From assembly GCA_015063305.1 (NCBI GenBank), contig SVUJ01000007.1:15375-79374 (forward strand): DNA of 64,000 bases. Reading direction: 5' to 3'. Below, one piece after another: positions 35,038 through 42,991 of the stretch. Positions within the stretch are counted from its first letter, which is position 1. Each line of letters opens with the position of its first letter. Position numbers and translations under genes: made by a program. Source of the DNA: Oscillospiraceae bacterium. Lineage in GTDB: Bacteria; Bacillota; Clostridia; Oscillospirales; CAG-272. The notes below the pieces were generated by a model that saw only the letters and a list, made by a program, of their open reading frames with translations, searched no databases and was not told the DNA's origin.

Positions 35038-36435
35038 TCAGACCTCTGTTATATTATTTTCAATATCCGATTCTTTCTGTCGTATCTCTTTTGTGAGTCG
35101 GATCAAAAGAATTGCCGAAAGCATGGCGGCAAGTGCGGTCACGCCAACGAAGTTGAACCATATACCGTCAAGCCCAAAGCGCCAAAGCGCGCCCATAAGC
35201 ACAACGGGGAATACAAATGCCGTACCTATAGATATTATCGTTGCATCGAGAGGTTTGCCGATCGCCGTGAAATAGCCCTGTGTGGAAACGCCTACCCAAC
35301 GGAAAAGATACGCAAAGCAGAAGATTCTTATCGCGTGTGTGGATATTTCAAGCAGCCTTACGTCCTCAGCTTTTACGAACCAAGAGGCTATCATGTCGGG
35401 GAAGAAAAAGAGGATCGACGTAGAAACAAGTCCAACTATCGCCGTGCCGATATAACCGCACCTTACAATTCTCTTTACTCGCCTGTAGTTTTTCGCGCCC
35501 CAGTTGTATCCAAGGGCAGGGGAGAGCGAGTCTGATATGCCGTAGAGCAGCGGCCAACAAAGGTCGCTCGAATACATCAACACCGCGTAGACCGCGACCG
35601 CCGTCTGACCGCCACCCTCGCCGAGTATTTTTGCACCGAGGGTCATAAGCGAGATGTTCATAAGTATCGAGGTGATACGCCCCGACACGTTATTGAGAAA
35701 TACGGGAGAGCCGCAGGCGGCTATCCTTTTGATTATAGAAAAGCTGAATTCAGGCTTTACAAATTTGAGGAGCGCTTTCTTCATAACGAAGGGTATCATC
35801 GCTACCACGGCACAGGCGCACATTGATATCGAGGTGGCAAGCGCAGAGCCGACCACGTCCATATCGCAGACAAGCAGAAAGAAGGTCAAAAGAGCCAAGG
35901 TCAAGAGGTTACAGCCTATATTTATGACCATACTCGTCTTCACAAATCCGCTGATGCGAAGGTAATTGTCCATCGCAAAGAATATTGCCGCAAGAGGACT
36001 GCAAAGCGCGGCGGTGCGCAGATATCTGACCGAGGTGTCGAGCAATACGCTGTCAGCGCCCATCAGGCGGGAGAGCGGCTCTGCCGCAAAGAACATAACA
36101 GAGCCCATAAATATCGACACTATAAATATCATAATGACAGAGCAGGAGAATACGTTGTTGGCGGTCTTGCGGTCGTTCTCTCCGAGCGCTATTGAGATCG
36201 GCGCGGACGCGCCCACGCCGATAAGATCGGCGAGTGAGAAGTTGATCATTACCAGAGGCATTGCTATGTTTACCGCAGCAAACGCGCCCTCCCCGAGTAT
36301 CTGACCAATAAATATTCCTTCCACGACGCTGTATATCGACATAGCGAACATACTTACCATTCCGGGCATAGCTACTATAAAGAATAGCCGCCAAGGGTTC
36401 ATCGTGGCATACATTTGTTCGGTTTTGGTTTTCAT
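35038..36435 (-). CDS. MATE family efflux transporter
   Basis: 465 aa, about 12 TM helices, N-terminal pattern FFIVAMPGMVSMFAMSIYSVVEGIFIGQ. Confidence 0.85.
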   Translation of the reverse strand: MKTKTEQMYATMNPWRLFFIVAMPGMVSMFAMSIYSVVEGIFIGQILGEGAFAAVNIAMPLVMINFSLADLIGVGASAPISIALGENDRKTANNVFSCSVIMIFIVSIFMGSVMFFAAEPLSRLMGADSVLLDTSVRYLRTAALCSPLAAIFFAMDNYLRISGFVKTSMVINIGCNLLTLALLTFFLLVCDMDVVGSALATSISMCACAVVAMIPFVMKKALLKFVKPEFSFSIIKRIAACGSPVFLNNVSGRITSILMNISLMTLGAKILGEGGGQTAVAVYAVLMYSSDLCWPLLYGISDSLSPALGYNWGAKNYRRVKRIVRCGYIGTAIVGLVSTSILFFFPDMIASWFVKAEDVRLLEISTHAIRIFCFAYLFRWVGVSTQGYFTAIGKPLDATIISIGTAFVFPVVLMGALWRFGLDGIWFNFVGVTALAAMLSAILLIRLTKEIRQKESDIENNITEV

Positions 36436-36711
36436 ATTTTATTATGTTACTCCATATATACTATCCGAAATATTATATTACCAATTCCCACTAAAGTCAA
36501 CCGATTTGAAATATTTTTCTGTGATAGAATAATTTTAAATTCCCGCAATCTATTGAAAAGAAAAAAGGTGTATGGTAGAATAAGTGAGGGACTGTCAAGA
36601 GGTGTGCGGTGAGTGGGACAAAAGACGTGTTTGTGTGAGCGCTTGACAAAAACGATATAATGTGTTATCATTTTAAGGAATGATAACTGCGAATGGATGG
36701 TAATTATATAG

Positions 36712-38055
36712 ATGAAGGTTGGATTTGTTTCTCTCGGTTGTCCGAAAAATCAGATGGATACCGAGGTGATGCTACACGAGGTAATGGCGGCAGGGTATGA
36801 GGTAACGCCCGAGGAGACCGAGGCGGACGTGGTGATAATCAATACCTGCGGCTTTATCGAAAGCGCGAAGCAGGAGGCGATAGATAATATTCTCGATATC
36901 GCGTGGCTCAAAAAGCACAAGGGACTTAAGGCGCTGATAGTTACAGGCTGCCTTGCCGAGAGATATAGAGAGAGTATATTCGATGAAATGCCCGAGGTCG
37001 ACGCGCTGCTCGGCGTTGGAAGCATACATAATATAGTTGAAGCGATTGAGGCGGTAACCATCAAGAGAAAGAAGCGTTCTCAAAAGTATTCCTCGTTTGA
37101 GGATAAGGAAAACGTTCGTCTTGGCGGCGACAGAGTGCTCACCACTCCCGAATATACGGCGTATCTCAAGATAGCTGAGGGGTGCGACAATAAGTGCGCG
37201 TATTGCGCGATACCCTCAATACGCGGCAGGTTCAGAAGCCGTACTATAGAGGATATCGTTGCCGAGGCAAAGCAGCTTGACTCTCTTGGCGTTAAGGAGC
37301 TGACCCTTGTCGCACAGGATACGACAAGATACGGAAAGGATATTTACGGAGAATATAAGCTCCACGAGCTTCTCCGTAGCATCACCGAGAATACGGCGAT
37401 ACCGTGGATACGTATACTTTATTGTTACCCCGACAAGATAACTGACGAGCTTGTGGCAGAGATGCGCGACAATCCAAGGGTGCTTAAATATATAGACGTT
37501 CCGATACAGCATATAAGCGATAATATGCTGAAGGCGATGAACCGCCACGGCAACAGCGCAACGGTAAAGGAAGCGATAGCCAAGCTACGCCGCGAGATAC
37601 CCGACATCGTTATACGTACTACCTTTATCGTAGGCTTCCCCGGGGAGACCGAGGAGGACTTTGAGGAGCTTTGCGAGTACGTTAAGGAAGCAAAATTCGA
37701 GCATGCGGGCGTCTTCACCTATTCAAGGGAAGAGGACACCCCCGCGTATGACTTTGAGGATCAGATAGACGAGCAGACCAAGCAGGACAGAATGGATATG
37801 CTTATGCGTTTGCAGCTTGAGATAAACGAGGCGAGAAACCGAGAGATGATAGGGAAGACGGTAAACGTTATCTGCGAGGATTTTGACCCTGTCAGCGAGG
37901 TGCATTTTGGAAGAAGCGAGGCGGACGCGCCCGAGATAGACGGAAAGGTGTATTTCCGCTCCGAGCATAGAATTGCCCCCGGTAGCTTTGTTAAGGTCAA
38001 GGTGAGAGACGTTCTTGATTATGACCTTATAGGAAGAGCTATCACCAAGCAATAA
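36712..38055 (+). CDS. rimO: ribosomal protein S12 methylthiotransferase RimO
   Basis: LGCPKNQMDTE, radical-SAM CDNKCAYCAIP, C-terminal TRAM region (FVKVKVRDVLDYDLIG). Confidence 0.92.
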   Translation: MKVGFVSLGCPKNQMDTEVMLHEVMAAGYEVTPEETEADVVIINTCGFIESAKQEAIDNILDIAWLKKHKGLKALIVTGCLAERYRESIFDEMPEVDALLGVGSIHNIVEAIEAVTIKRKKRSQKYSSFEDKENVRLGGDRVLTTPEYTAYLKIAEGCDNKCAYCAIPSIRGRFRSRTIEDIVAEAKQLDSLGVKELTLVAQDTTRYGKDIYGEYKLHELLRSITENTAIPWIRILYCYPDKITDELVAEMRDNPRVLKYIDVPIQHISDNMLKAMNRHGNSATVKEAIAKLRREIPDIVIRTTFIVGFPGETEEDFEELCEYVKEAKFEHAGVFTYSREEDTPAYDFEDQIDEQTKQDRMDMLMRLQLEINEARNREMIGKTVNVICEDFDPVSEVHFGRSEADAPEIDGKVYFRSEHRIAPGSFVKVKVRDVLDYDLIGRAITKQ

Positions 38056-38079
38056 AGAAAGATTGGAAGGTTGAAAGAT

Positions 38080-38700
38080 ATGAAGCTTAATCTGCCTAAT
38101 AAACTGACTGTTTTAAGACTAATTCTCGTGCCGATATTTTTGGTGATTGGAATGCTACCCGAAAGCGTGATACCGTTTTACGTATCCTGTGTTGTTTGCG
38201 CGGTGCTGTTTATAGGAACGGCACTCACCGATATGTTTGACGGAAAGATAGCGAGAAAGAGAGGACTTATAACAGACTTTGGAAAGTTCCTCGATCCCGT
38301 TGCCGATAAATTTATGGTAATAGGCGCGCTGTTTGTGATACTCTATAAGTTTGAGGCGCTCAGAACGGCTATGATATTTACTATCATTATAATCGTGTTC
38401 AGAGAGCTTGCGGTAACGTCTATGCGACTTGTTGTGTCAACGGGCAAGGGAATAGTGGTTGCGGCTAACTATCTTGGAAAGCTTAAGACGGTTTCACAGA
38501 TAGTGTTTATATGCACGGTGTTCCTTGAACCTGTGGTTGAATATATCGTTGAGCTTATAGTTGGCGGAGCGGCTAATAATATGGTACACGGTATATATCC
38601 GCTCACCTGGCTTTCGATGGCGTTTGCCGTTGTTATGACCATATGGTCGGGAATAAATTACATAGTGGCATATTGGAAATGCCTTGATCCTGAGAAATAA
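38080..38700 (+). CDS. pgsA: CDP-diacylglycerol--glycerol-3-phosphate 3-phosphatidyltransferase
   Basis: DMFDGKIARKRGLITDFGKFLDPVADK (the CDP-alcohol transferase motif). ATG 38080 lies 9 nt after GGAAGG. Confidence 0.9.
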   Translation: MKLNLPNKLTVLRLILVPIFLVIGMLPESVIPFYVSCVVCAVLFIGTALTDMFDGKIARKRGLITDFGKFLDPVADKFMVIGALFVILYKFEALRTAMIFTIIIIVFRELAVTSMRLVVSTGKGIVVAANYLGKLKTVSQIVFICTVFLEPVVEYIVELIVGGAANNMVHGIYPLTWLSMAFAVVMTIWSGINYIVAYWKCLDPEK

Positions 38701-38714
38701 CAGAATAGAGATAA

Positions 38715-38749
38715 CAGAGGAAAGTAGTTTGCTTTCCTCTGCTTTTTTT
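38715..38749 (+). terminator. rho-independent terminator after pgsA
   Basis: CAGAGGAAAG-TAGTTTG-CTTTCCTCTG followed by CTTTTTTT. Confidence 0.85.
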
Positions 38750-38830
38750 GTGGACAGTCGAGGACGCCTGTCCATTTTATAAACACACAAACAAATATCA
38801 CCACGGTGTGGCAAATATTATCCTATAATT

Positions 38831-38943
38831 GGTAGGGGTCGGCGCCTCGACGACCCGTAAAATAAGCAAAAAAACACATTCGTCCTGATAAAATCAAGTT
38901 ATTATGTTTGCTTCTCGGGTCGTCGAGGGCGCCGACCCCTACC
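38831..38943. repeat. BIME-like pair of GC-rich palindromic units (27/28-bp inverted arms, about 58-bp spacer)
   Basis: GGTAGGGGTCGGCGCCTCGACGACCCG ... CGGGTCGTCGAGGGCGCCGACCCCTACC. Confidence 0.8.
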
Positions 38944-38966
38944 GAGAATTTTTTGTTCAATAATCA

Positions 38967-39005
38967 ATCAGTTGCGGTGAAATTCACCACAACTGATGTT
39001 TTTTA
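38967..39005 (+). terminator. hairpin with a GTGAAAT-containing apex plus a T-run
   Basis: ATCAGTTGCGGTGA-AAT-TCACCACAACTGAT followed by GTTTTTT. Confidence 0.55.
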
Positions 39006-39128
39006 ATTGCAGGGACTGGCGTTCTCTGTCGGTTATTTTTACACCACAATGTTTTGTTATAAATGCACAAAAAATTGATACTTGATTGGTATAAATGGGC
39101 GAAAATGCACTACAAGGTGAAATTCGCC

Positions 39129-39157
39129 TTGACTTTTACACTTTAGTGATGTAAAAT
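39129..39157 (+). promoter_or_regulatory. promoter TTGACT-17-TAAAAT
   Basis: Positions 39129-39134 and 39152-39157. Immediately preceded by GTGAAATTCGCC. Confidence 0.5.
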
Positions 39158-39227
39158 ATTTTATGTAATATAAAGGTTTAGGATCTGTACCTTTTTGGTG
39201 TAGATCATTTAAGGAGAATAGAAAACT

Positions 39228-39752
39228 ATGAAAAGCAGAATTTGGCGTTCGACACTGCTTATTTTTGTTATATTGGCATTAGTGCTCACGTCGTTTGCAT
39301 CGTGTAAGAGAAAGAAGGTTGAAGACCCGACACTCGCGCCCGATTATGCGCCCCCCAATCAGGAGGAGAACGCAGAGGATATCGGCGATGGTGACGGCTC
39401 TAAAATAGAAGCTCCCGATGGCGGTGGCGCTGCGGGAATGACTTATGAGGATAAAATGACTGTTGACCTCTCGGATAAGAAGGTAACACTCCGTTTTGAC
39501 AACGCTTCAAGATCGGTAAGTAACGTCGTGCTTCAGGTTATAATTCAGGATAGAGTTATAGTTGAAACAGGAGTTATAACCCCCGGTAAGAGAGTTAAGG
39601 AGGTAGACCTCAAGGCAGGAGCGGAAACCTTGCTTCAGCCTGGTGTTTATGCTAATAATGCAAAGATGGTCGTAAATTTCTATGACCCCGAAACCAATGA
39701 AAAATCAGCGGTAAAGACCGAAATACCCGTAACGGTCACCGTTCAAAATTAA
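39228..39752 (+). CDS. small lipoprotein, unknown family (paralog of 41180-41644)
   Basis: Lipobox LTSFASC. The C-terminal beta-rich region is alignable by eye with the 41180 product. Confidence 0.7.
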   Translation: MKSRIWRSTLLIFVILALVLTSFASCKRKKVEDPTLAPDYAPPNQEENAEDIGDGDGSKIEAPDGGGAAGMTYEDKMTVDLSDKKVTLRFDNASRSVSNVVLQVIIQDRVIVETGVITPGKRVKEVDLKAGAETLLQPGVYANNAKMVVNFYDPETNEKSAVKTEIPVTVTVQN

Positions 39753-39819
39753 ATAGAAACCCTGTGTGAAAACCGCAGTAACCCCAATACCCGTAAAGGC
39801 TACCGTGAAAATTAAATAG
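39722..39819 (+). repeat. diverged tandem duplication (about 64-nt period) of the 3' end of the 39228 gene
   Basis: AATACCCGTAACGGTCACCGTTCAAAATTAAATAG (39722-39755) versus AATACCCGTAAAGGCTACCGTGAAAATTAAATAG (39786-39819). Confidence 0.7.
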
Positions 39820-39880
39820 TATATATAGCCGCGTAAGGCAATATATAAATAAAAACATTTTTTATAAGGAGAACCACACT

Positions 39881-40402
39881 ATGAAAAAACTGTTTTCACT
39901 CGTTCTCGTCGTTGCGCTTGTACTCGCAATGGCAATCACCGCTTCTGCTGCTACTGTTGACGCAGTTAATGGTACAGATTCCGCTGAGGTTAAGGCTTCT
40001 TATGAAGCAGGTACAACCGCTGGTGACGTTTACTCTGTAGTAGTTGCATTTGGTAGCATGGAATTTACCTACTATGACAGAGTAGCAGGCTCTTGGAACA
40101 CCTCCAACCACAACTACGACGGCGTTGTAGCGGCTCACTGGGATTGCGAAGATGGCGCTGACACAATTACCGTAACTAACAACTCTAACGTTGCTATCGT
40201 TGCTACAGCTACCGCTGAGTGCACTGAAGATGGTCTTGAGATCACATGTGGCGACGCTATTACTCTCGAGGTTGCTGCTGAGGAAACAGCTGCTACTCCC
40301 GGTACAATTACAGTTGAAGTTAGCGGAGCTCTTGATTCTGAGACAGCTGATAACACTGTAATCGGTGAAGTTACCGTTACTATCACAAAGAAGGCAGCGT
40401 AA
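39881..40402 (+). CDS. small secreted beta-rich protein, unknown family
   Basis: Signal peptide with ASA-AT cleavage-type site. T/V/A-rich. Strong AAGGAGAA RBS. Terminator follows directly. Confidence 0.7.
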   Translation: MKKLFSLVLVVALVLAMAITASAATVDAVNGTDSAEVKASYEAGTTAGDVYSVVVAFGSMEFTYYDRVAGSWNTSNHNYDGVVAAHWDCEDGADTITVTNNSNVAIVATATAECTEDGLEITCGDAITLEVAAEETAATPGTITVEVSGALDSETADNTVIGEVTVTITKKAA

Positions 40403-40431
40403 TTAAAACTTAATTACCTAACAAACGCATT

Positions 40432-40466
40432 AAGGCGGGGCAACTTGCCCCGCCTTGTTCCTTTTT
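40432..40466 (+). terminator. rho-independent terminator
   Basis: AAGGCGGGG-CAACTT-GCCCCGCCTT followed by GTTCCTTTTT. Confidence 0.85.
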
Positions 40467-40512
40467 ATCTGAACATAGAAGATATATTATGTTTTGCCGA
40501 TTTGATCGTTCT

Positions 40513-40632
40513 ACGGGGCGTCGAGGACGTCGCCCCTACAATTTTTAATATCTGTTGCTGGAAATCTCAATGTAACAGGTGTTCTTTAAATTATAAATTC
40601 ACCTGTAGGGGGCGACGTCCTCGACGCCCCGT
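40513..40632. repeat. BIME-like pair of GC-rich palindromic units, arms in the opposite order to the 38831 copy
   Basis: ACGGGGCGTCGAGGACGTCGCCCCTACA ... TGTAGGGGGCGACGTCCTCGACGCCCCGT. Confidence 0.8.
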
Positions 40633-40692
40633 GATACAAACATTACAATTAAATTTCACCGTAGTGGGTTGAATGTTAAATAAAAATATACC

Positions 40693-40732
40693 TGTAGGGG
40701 TAACCACCCGACCTCCGCAAAATAAGCAAAAC
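40693..40732 (+). repeat. degenerate single unit of the same family, with the shared AAAATAAGCAAAA tail
   Basis: TGTAGGGGTAACCACCCGACCTCCGCAAAATAAGCAAAAC. Compare 38833-38875. Confidence 0.55.
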
Positions 40733-40776
40733 TTCACCATTGGGTGGGAATAAACGAAGAAGGCGAACAAAATGAA

Positions 40777-40889
40777 GCCTTCTCCAGTGGGAGAAGGTGG
40801 CAGCCGAAGGCTGACGGATGAGGTGTCCCAAACACCAAGAAACTCCTCATCCACCACTCCGTGGTTCCCCTTCTCCCACAGGAGAAGGC
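40777..40889 (+). repeat. multi-hairpin REP-like element, copy B1
   Basis: CCTTCTCC-AGTG-GGAGAAGG, CAGCC-GAA-GGCTG, GGATGAGG-loop-CCTCATCC, CCAC-CACTCC-GTGG, CCTTCTCC-CACA-GGAGAAGG. Confidence 0.75.
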
Positions 40890-40941
40890 TTATATAAAAA
40901 CCTCACCATGGGGCGGGATAAACATTAAGGCACACTAAAAA

Positions 40942-41054
40942 GCCTCTACCTTTGGGAGAAGGTGGCAGCCGAAGGCTGACGGATGAGGTGTCCCAAATGA
41001 CAAGAAACTCCTCATCCACCACTCCGTGGTCCCCCTTCTCCCGCAGGAGAAGGC
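40942..41054 (+). repeat. multi-hairpin REP-like element, copy B2
   Basis: Near-identical to B1 apart from a weakened first hairpin and a few substitutions. Confidence 0.75.
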
Positions 41055-41179
41055 TTATATAAAAACCTCACCATGGGGCGGGATAAACATTAAGGCATAC
41101 TAAAAACCCTCTACCTTTGGGAGAGGGCAGCTATGCTCGGATAAAAGGGAATTACCCATATTTAATAGGAGATGATACC

Positions 41180-41644
41180 GTGAAAACTATAAAAAATATT
41201 TTGATTTTTGTTATATTGGCAGCTCTGCTCCTTGGCGTTGTTGCCTGTAAAGAAAAGCAACCCGAATTCGTTCCGCCACCATTTGACGATGCGGCGCAGG
41301 TGGGTACTCCAACCGTTCCCGAGGGGCTCGGTTGGGAGGAGCTTGACGTAAACGGTCTTTACCGTGTGTCGGTCTGCGGCGTTGTAACTCTGAACGGAAA
41401 TAAGTCAGACGTTTACTTCACCAACCCCGAGGGAAATAACGTTTGGCTCAAGCTGCGCGTTATGGACGAAGAGGGCAATATTTTGGGTCAAACAGGACTT
41501 ATCAAGCCCGGTGAGTACGTGCAGTCTATCACCTTTGACACCGTGCCCGAAAAGGGCGCTAAAATAGCTATGAAGGTCATGGGATACGAGCCCGAAACCT
41601 ACTATTCCGCAGGCGCGGCGACCCTGAATACGGTAATTAAATAA
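41180..41644 (+). CDS. small lipoprotein, unknown family (paralog of 39228-39752)
   Basis: GTG 41180 lies 8 nt after AGGAG. Lipobox LLGVVAC. The longer ORF-track start lies inside the repeat and is rejected. Confidence 0.65.
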   Translation: MKTIKNILIFVILAALLLGVVACKEKQPEFVPPPFDDAAQVGTPTVPEGLGWEELDVNGLYRVSVCGVVTLNGNKSDVYFTNPEGNNVWLKLRVMDEEGNILGQTGLIKPGEYVQSITFDTVPEKGAKIAMKVMGYEPETYYSAGAATLNTVIK

Positions 41645-41745
41645 GAACTAAAATTATAATAGGAATAGGACAGAGAAAATTCAAAATTCTCTGTCCTATT
41701 TTTACAAAGATTTAATTTAATTATAAAGGCGAAAACAAAACTTGA

Positions 41746-41774
41746 TTGACAAAAACATAAAAGAATGATATAAT
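41746..41774 (+). promoter_or_regulatory. perfect consensus promoter TTGACA-17-TATAAT
   Basis: Positions 41746-41751 and 41769-41774. Confidence 0.6.
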
Positions 41775-41845
41775 ATCACGCGAATGATAAATTTGTTTTG
41801 AACGCGCCTTTGAAAAAAGGTACTTGTACGATTAAAAGGAGAGAA

Positions 41846-42622
41846 ATGTATTATACTGAGTACGATAAGAGCGTTTTGCCTCTTGTGCTTTTAGTAATCG
41901 TTGCGTTTGTTGCTATTCTTGCGCTTTTCTTGAGAAAGAAGTCTGAACGCGTACGAGCTATCCCATGCGCGATGGTTGCCGTGGCGTTGCTCTTTATTGA
42001 GATAGTAAAACAGAGATGGAATTTGATCGGAGAGCAAGGATTTGACCGATTCTTTTTGCCTTTTCACTACTGTAGTTTGTTCTTGATCGTCTTTCCGTTA
42101 GCCGAGCTTTGCGGAGAGCGACTTTCGCGTATATTTCGCCCAATAGCAACCTGTATGGCTTTTATGGTTTCTGTGGCTATGTACGTTTATCCGCAGGGGA
42201 TCATGGGCAACGCTACTGAAAGCTTTGGTGTTGCTTTTAAAGAAACACACGGCTTCATTTTCCATCATCTGGTCTTGCTTTACTTCCTGCTTGTGGTGGC
42301 GATGCGCCTTTGCAGACCGAGAGTCCGTGATGCCGTGCGTTTGGGTATGATAGGGGTGGCGTACACTGCGGTAGCGCTTCCTTTGGCATATAAATTAGAA
42401 ACGAATTATTGTAATTTTCTCGAAAGCGTAATTCCGGTGTTTGAAAACTTCCGTATTGAATACGGACAGGATGTTTACACGGTTGTTCTGATATTATTTA
42501 TGACTTTCGGAACGATGATATCTGCATTTGTCTATATTGGAGTGTATACCGCAGGGGCTAAATTTTTTGAATTGTGTTCTCCTAAAAAGAAAAAATCTTC
42601 TAAGAACCTCCCTCATACTTAA
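41846..42622 (+). CDS. YwaF/TIGR02206 (TMEM164-like) integral membrane protein, stand-alone
   Basis: ATG 41846 follows AAGGAGAG. Multi-TM, with FLPFHYCS corresponding to the PLHLC signature. Confidence 0.55.
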   Translation: MYYTEYDKSVLPLVLLVIVAFVAILALFLRKKSERVRAIPCAMVAVALLFIEIVKQRWNLIGEQGFDRFFLPFHYCSLFLIVFPLAELCGERLSRIFRPIATCMAFMVSVAMYVYPQGIMGNATESFGVAFKETHGFIFHHLVLLYFLLVVAMRLCRPRVRDAVRLGMIGVAYTAVALPLAYKLETNYCNFLESVIPVFENFRIEYGQDVYTVVLILFMTFGTMISAFVYIGVYTAGAKFFELCSPKKKKSSKNLPHT

Positions 42623-42643
42623 AATTATCCTTTCAGAGAGGAG

Positions 42644-42679
42644 AAGCGGCGTGTGTTTTAAAACACACGCCGCTTTTTT
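42644..42679 (+). terminator. rho-independent terminator
   Basis: AAGCGGCGTGTGTTTT/AAAACACACGCCGCTT followed by TTTT. Confidence 0.85.
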
Positions 42680-42880
42680 GTAACCGAAAAGCGGTCTTTG
42701 CAATATTCTTTTTATCAGATGCATATATCCTATCGTTTGGGCTGTTTTTTGCCTGTTTTTATTGAATTTGCTCCGATTTCCTCAATCTTTGAACTCTCCA
42801 AAAAGTTGGCGAAATAAACAAATAGAGGAGGGAGATTTTGTTCACAATTTGTTAAAATAGTCAAAGAGTGTCGCAAAACA

Positions 42881-42908
42881 TTGACTTTTGACGGTTTTGT
42901 GGTATAAT
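42881..42908 (+). promoter_or_regulatory. promoter TTGACT-16-TGgTATAAT (extended -10)
   Basis: Positions 42881-42886 and 42903-42908, with TG at -15/-14. Confidence 0.55.
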
Positions 42909-42991
42909 TGGCGTTAGGGTAAAGATGATTTTTGTTAGTACCCTGTATTATTGTGTATGATATAAAACTCGAGACGGTGAGGTTTAGAATT

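Larger units (their letters stand above)
40730..41135 (+). repeat. tandem repeat of about 165 bp, about 2.4 units, each full unit carrying one multi-hairpin element
   Basis: GAGAAGGTGG at 40791 and 40956, GAGAGGGCAG at 41121 (165-bp spacing). TCACCAT at 40734, 40903, 41068. Confidence 0.85.

Noticed and set aside
36663-36686. 9-bp inverted repeat GTTATCATT-TTAAGG-AATGATAAC upstream of rimO as an operator or riboswitch
   Set aside because: It is a single short AT-rich palindrome with no recognisable family and no second copy in the window. That is insufficient evidence to call a regulatory site.
41117-41179. Longer N-terminal extension of the lipoprotein ORF (ORF-track start at 41117)
   Set aside because: The extension lies inside the tandem repeat and lacks an RBS. 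GTG 41180 has AGGAG at 8 nt and gives a normal signal peptide.
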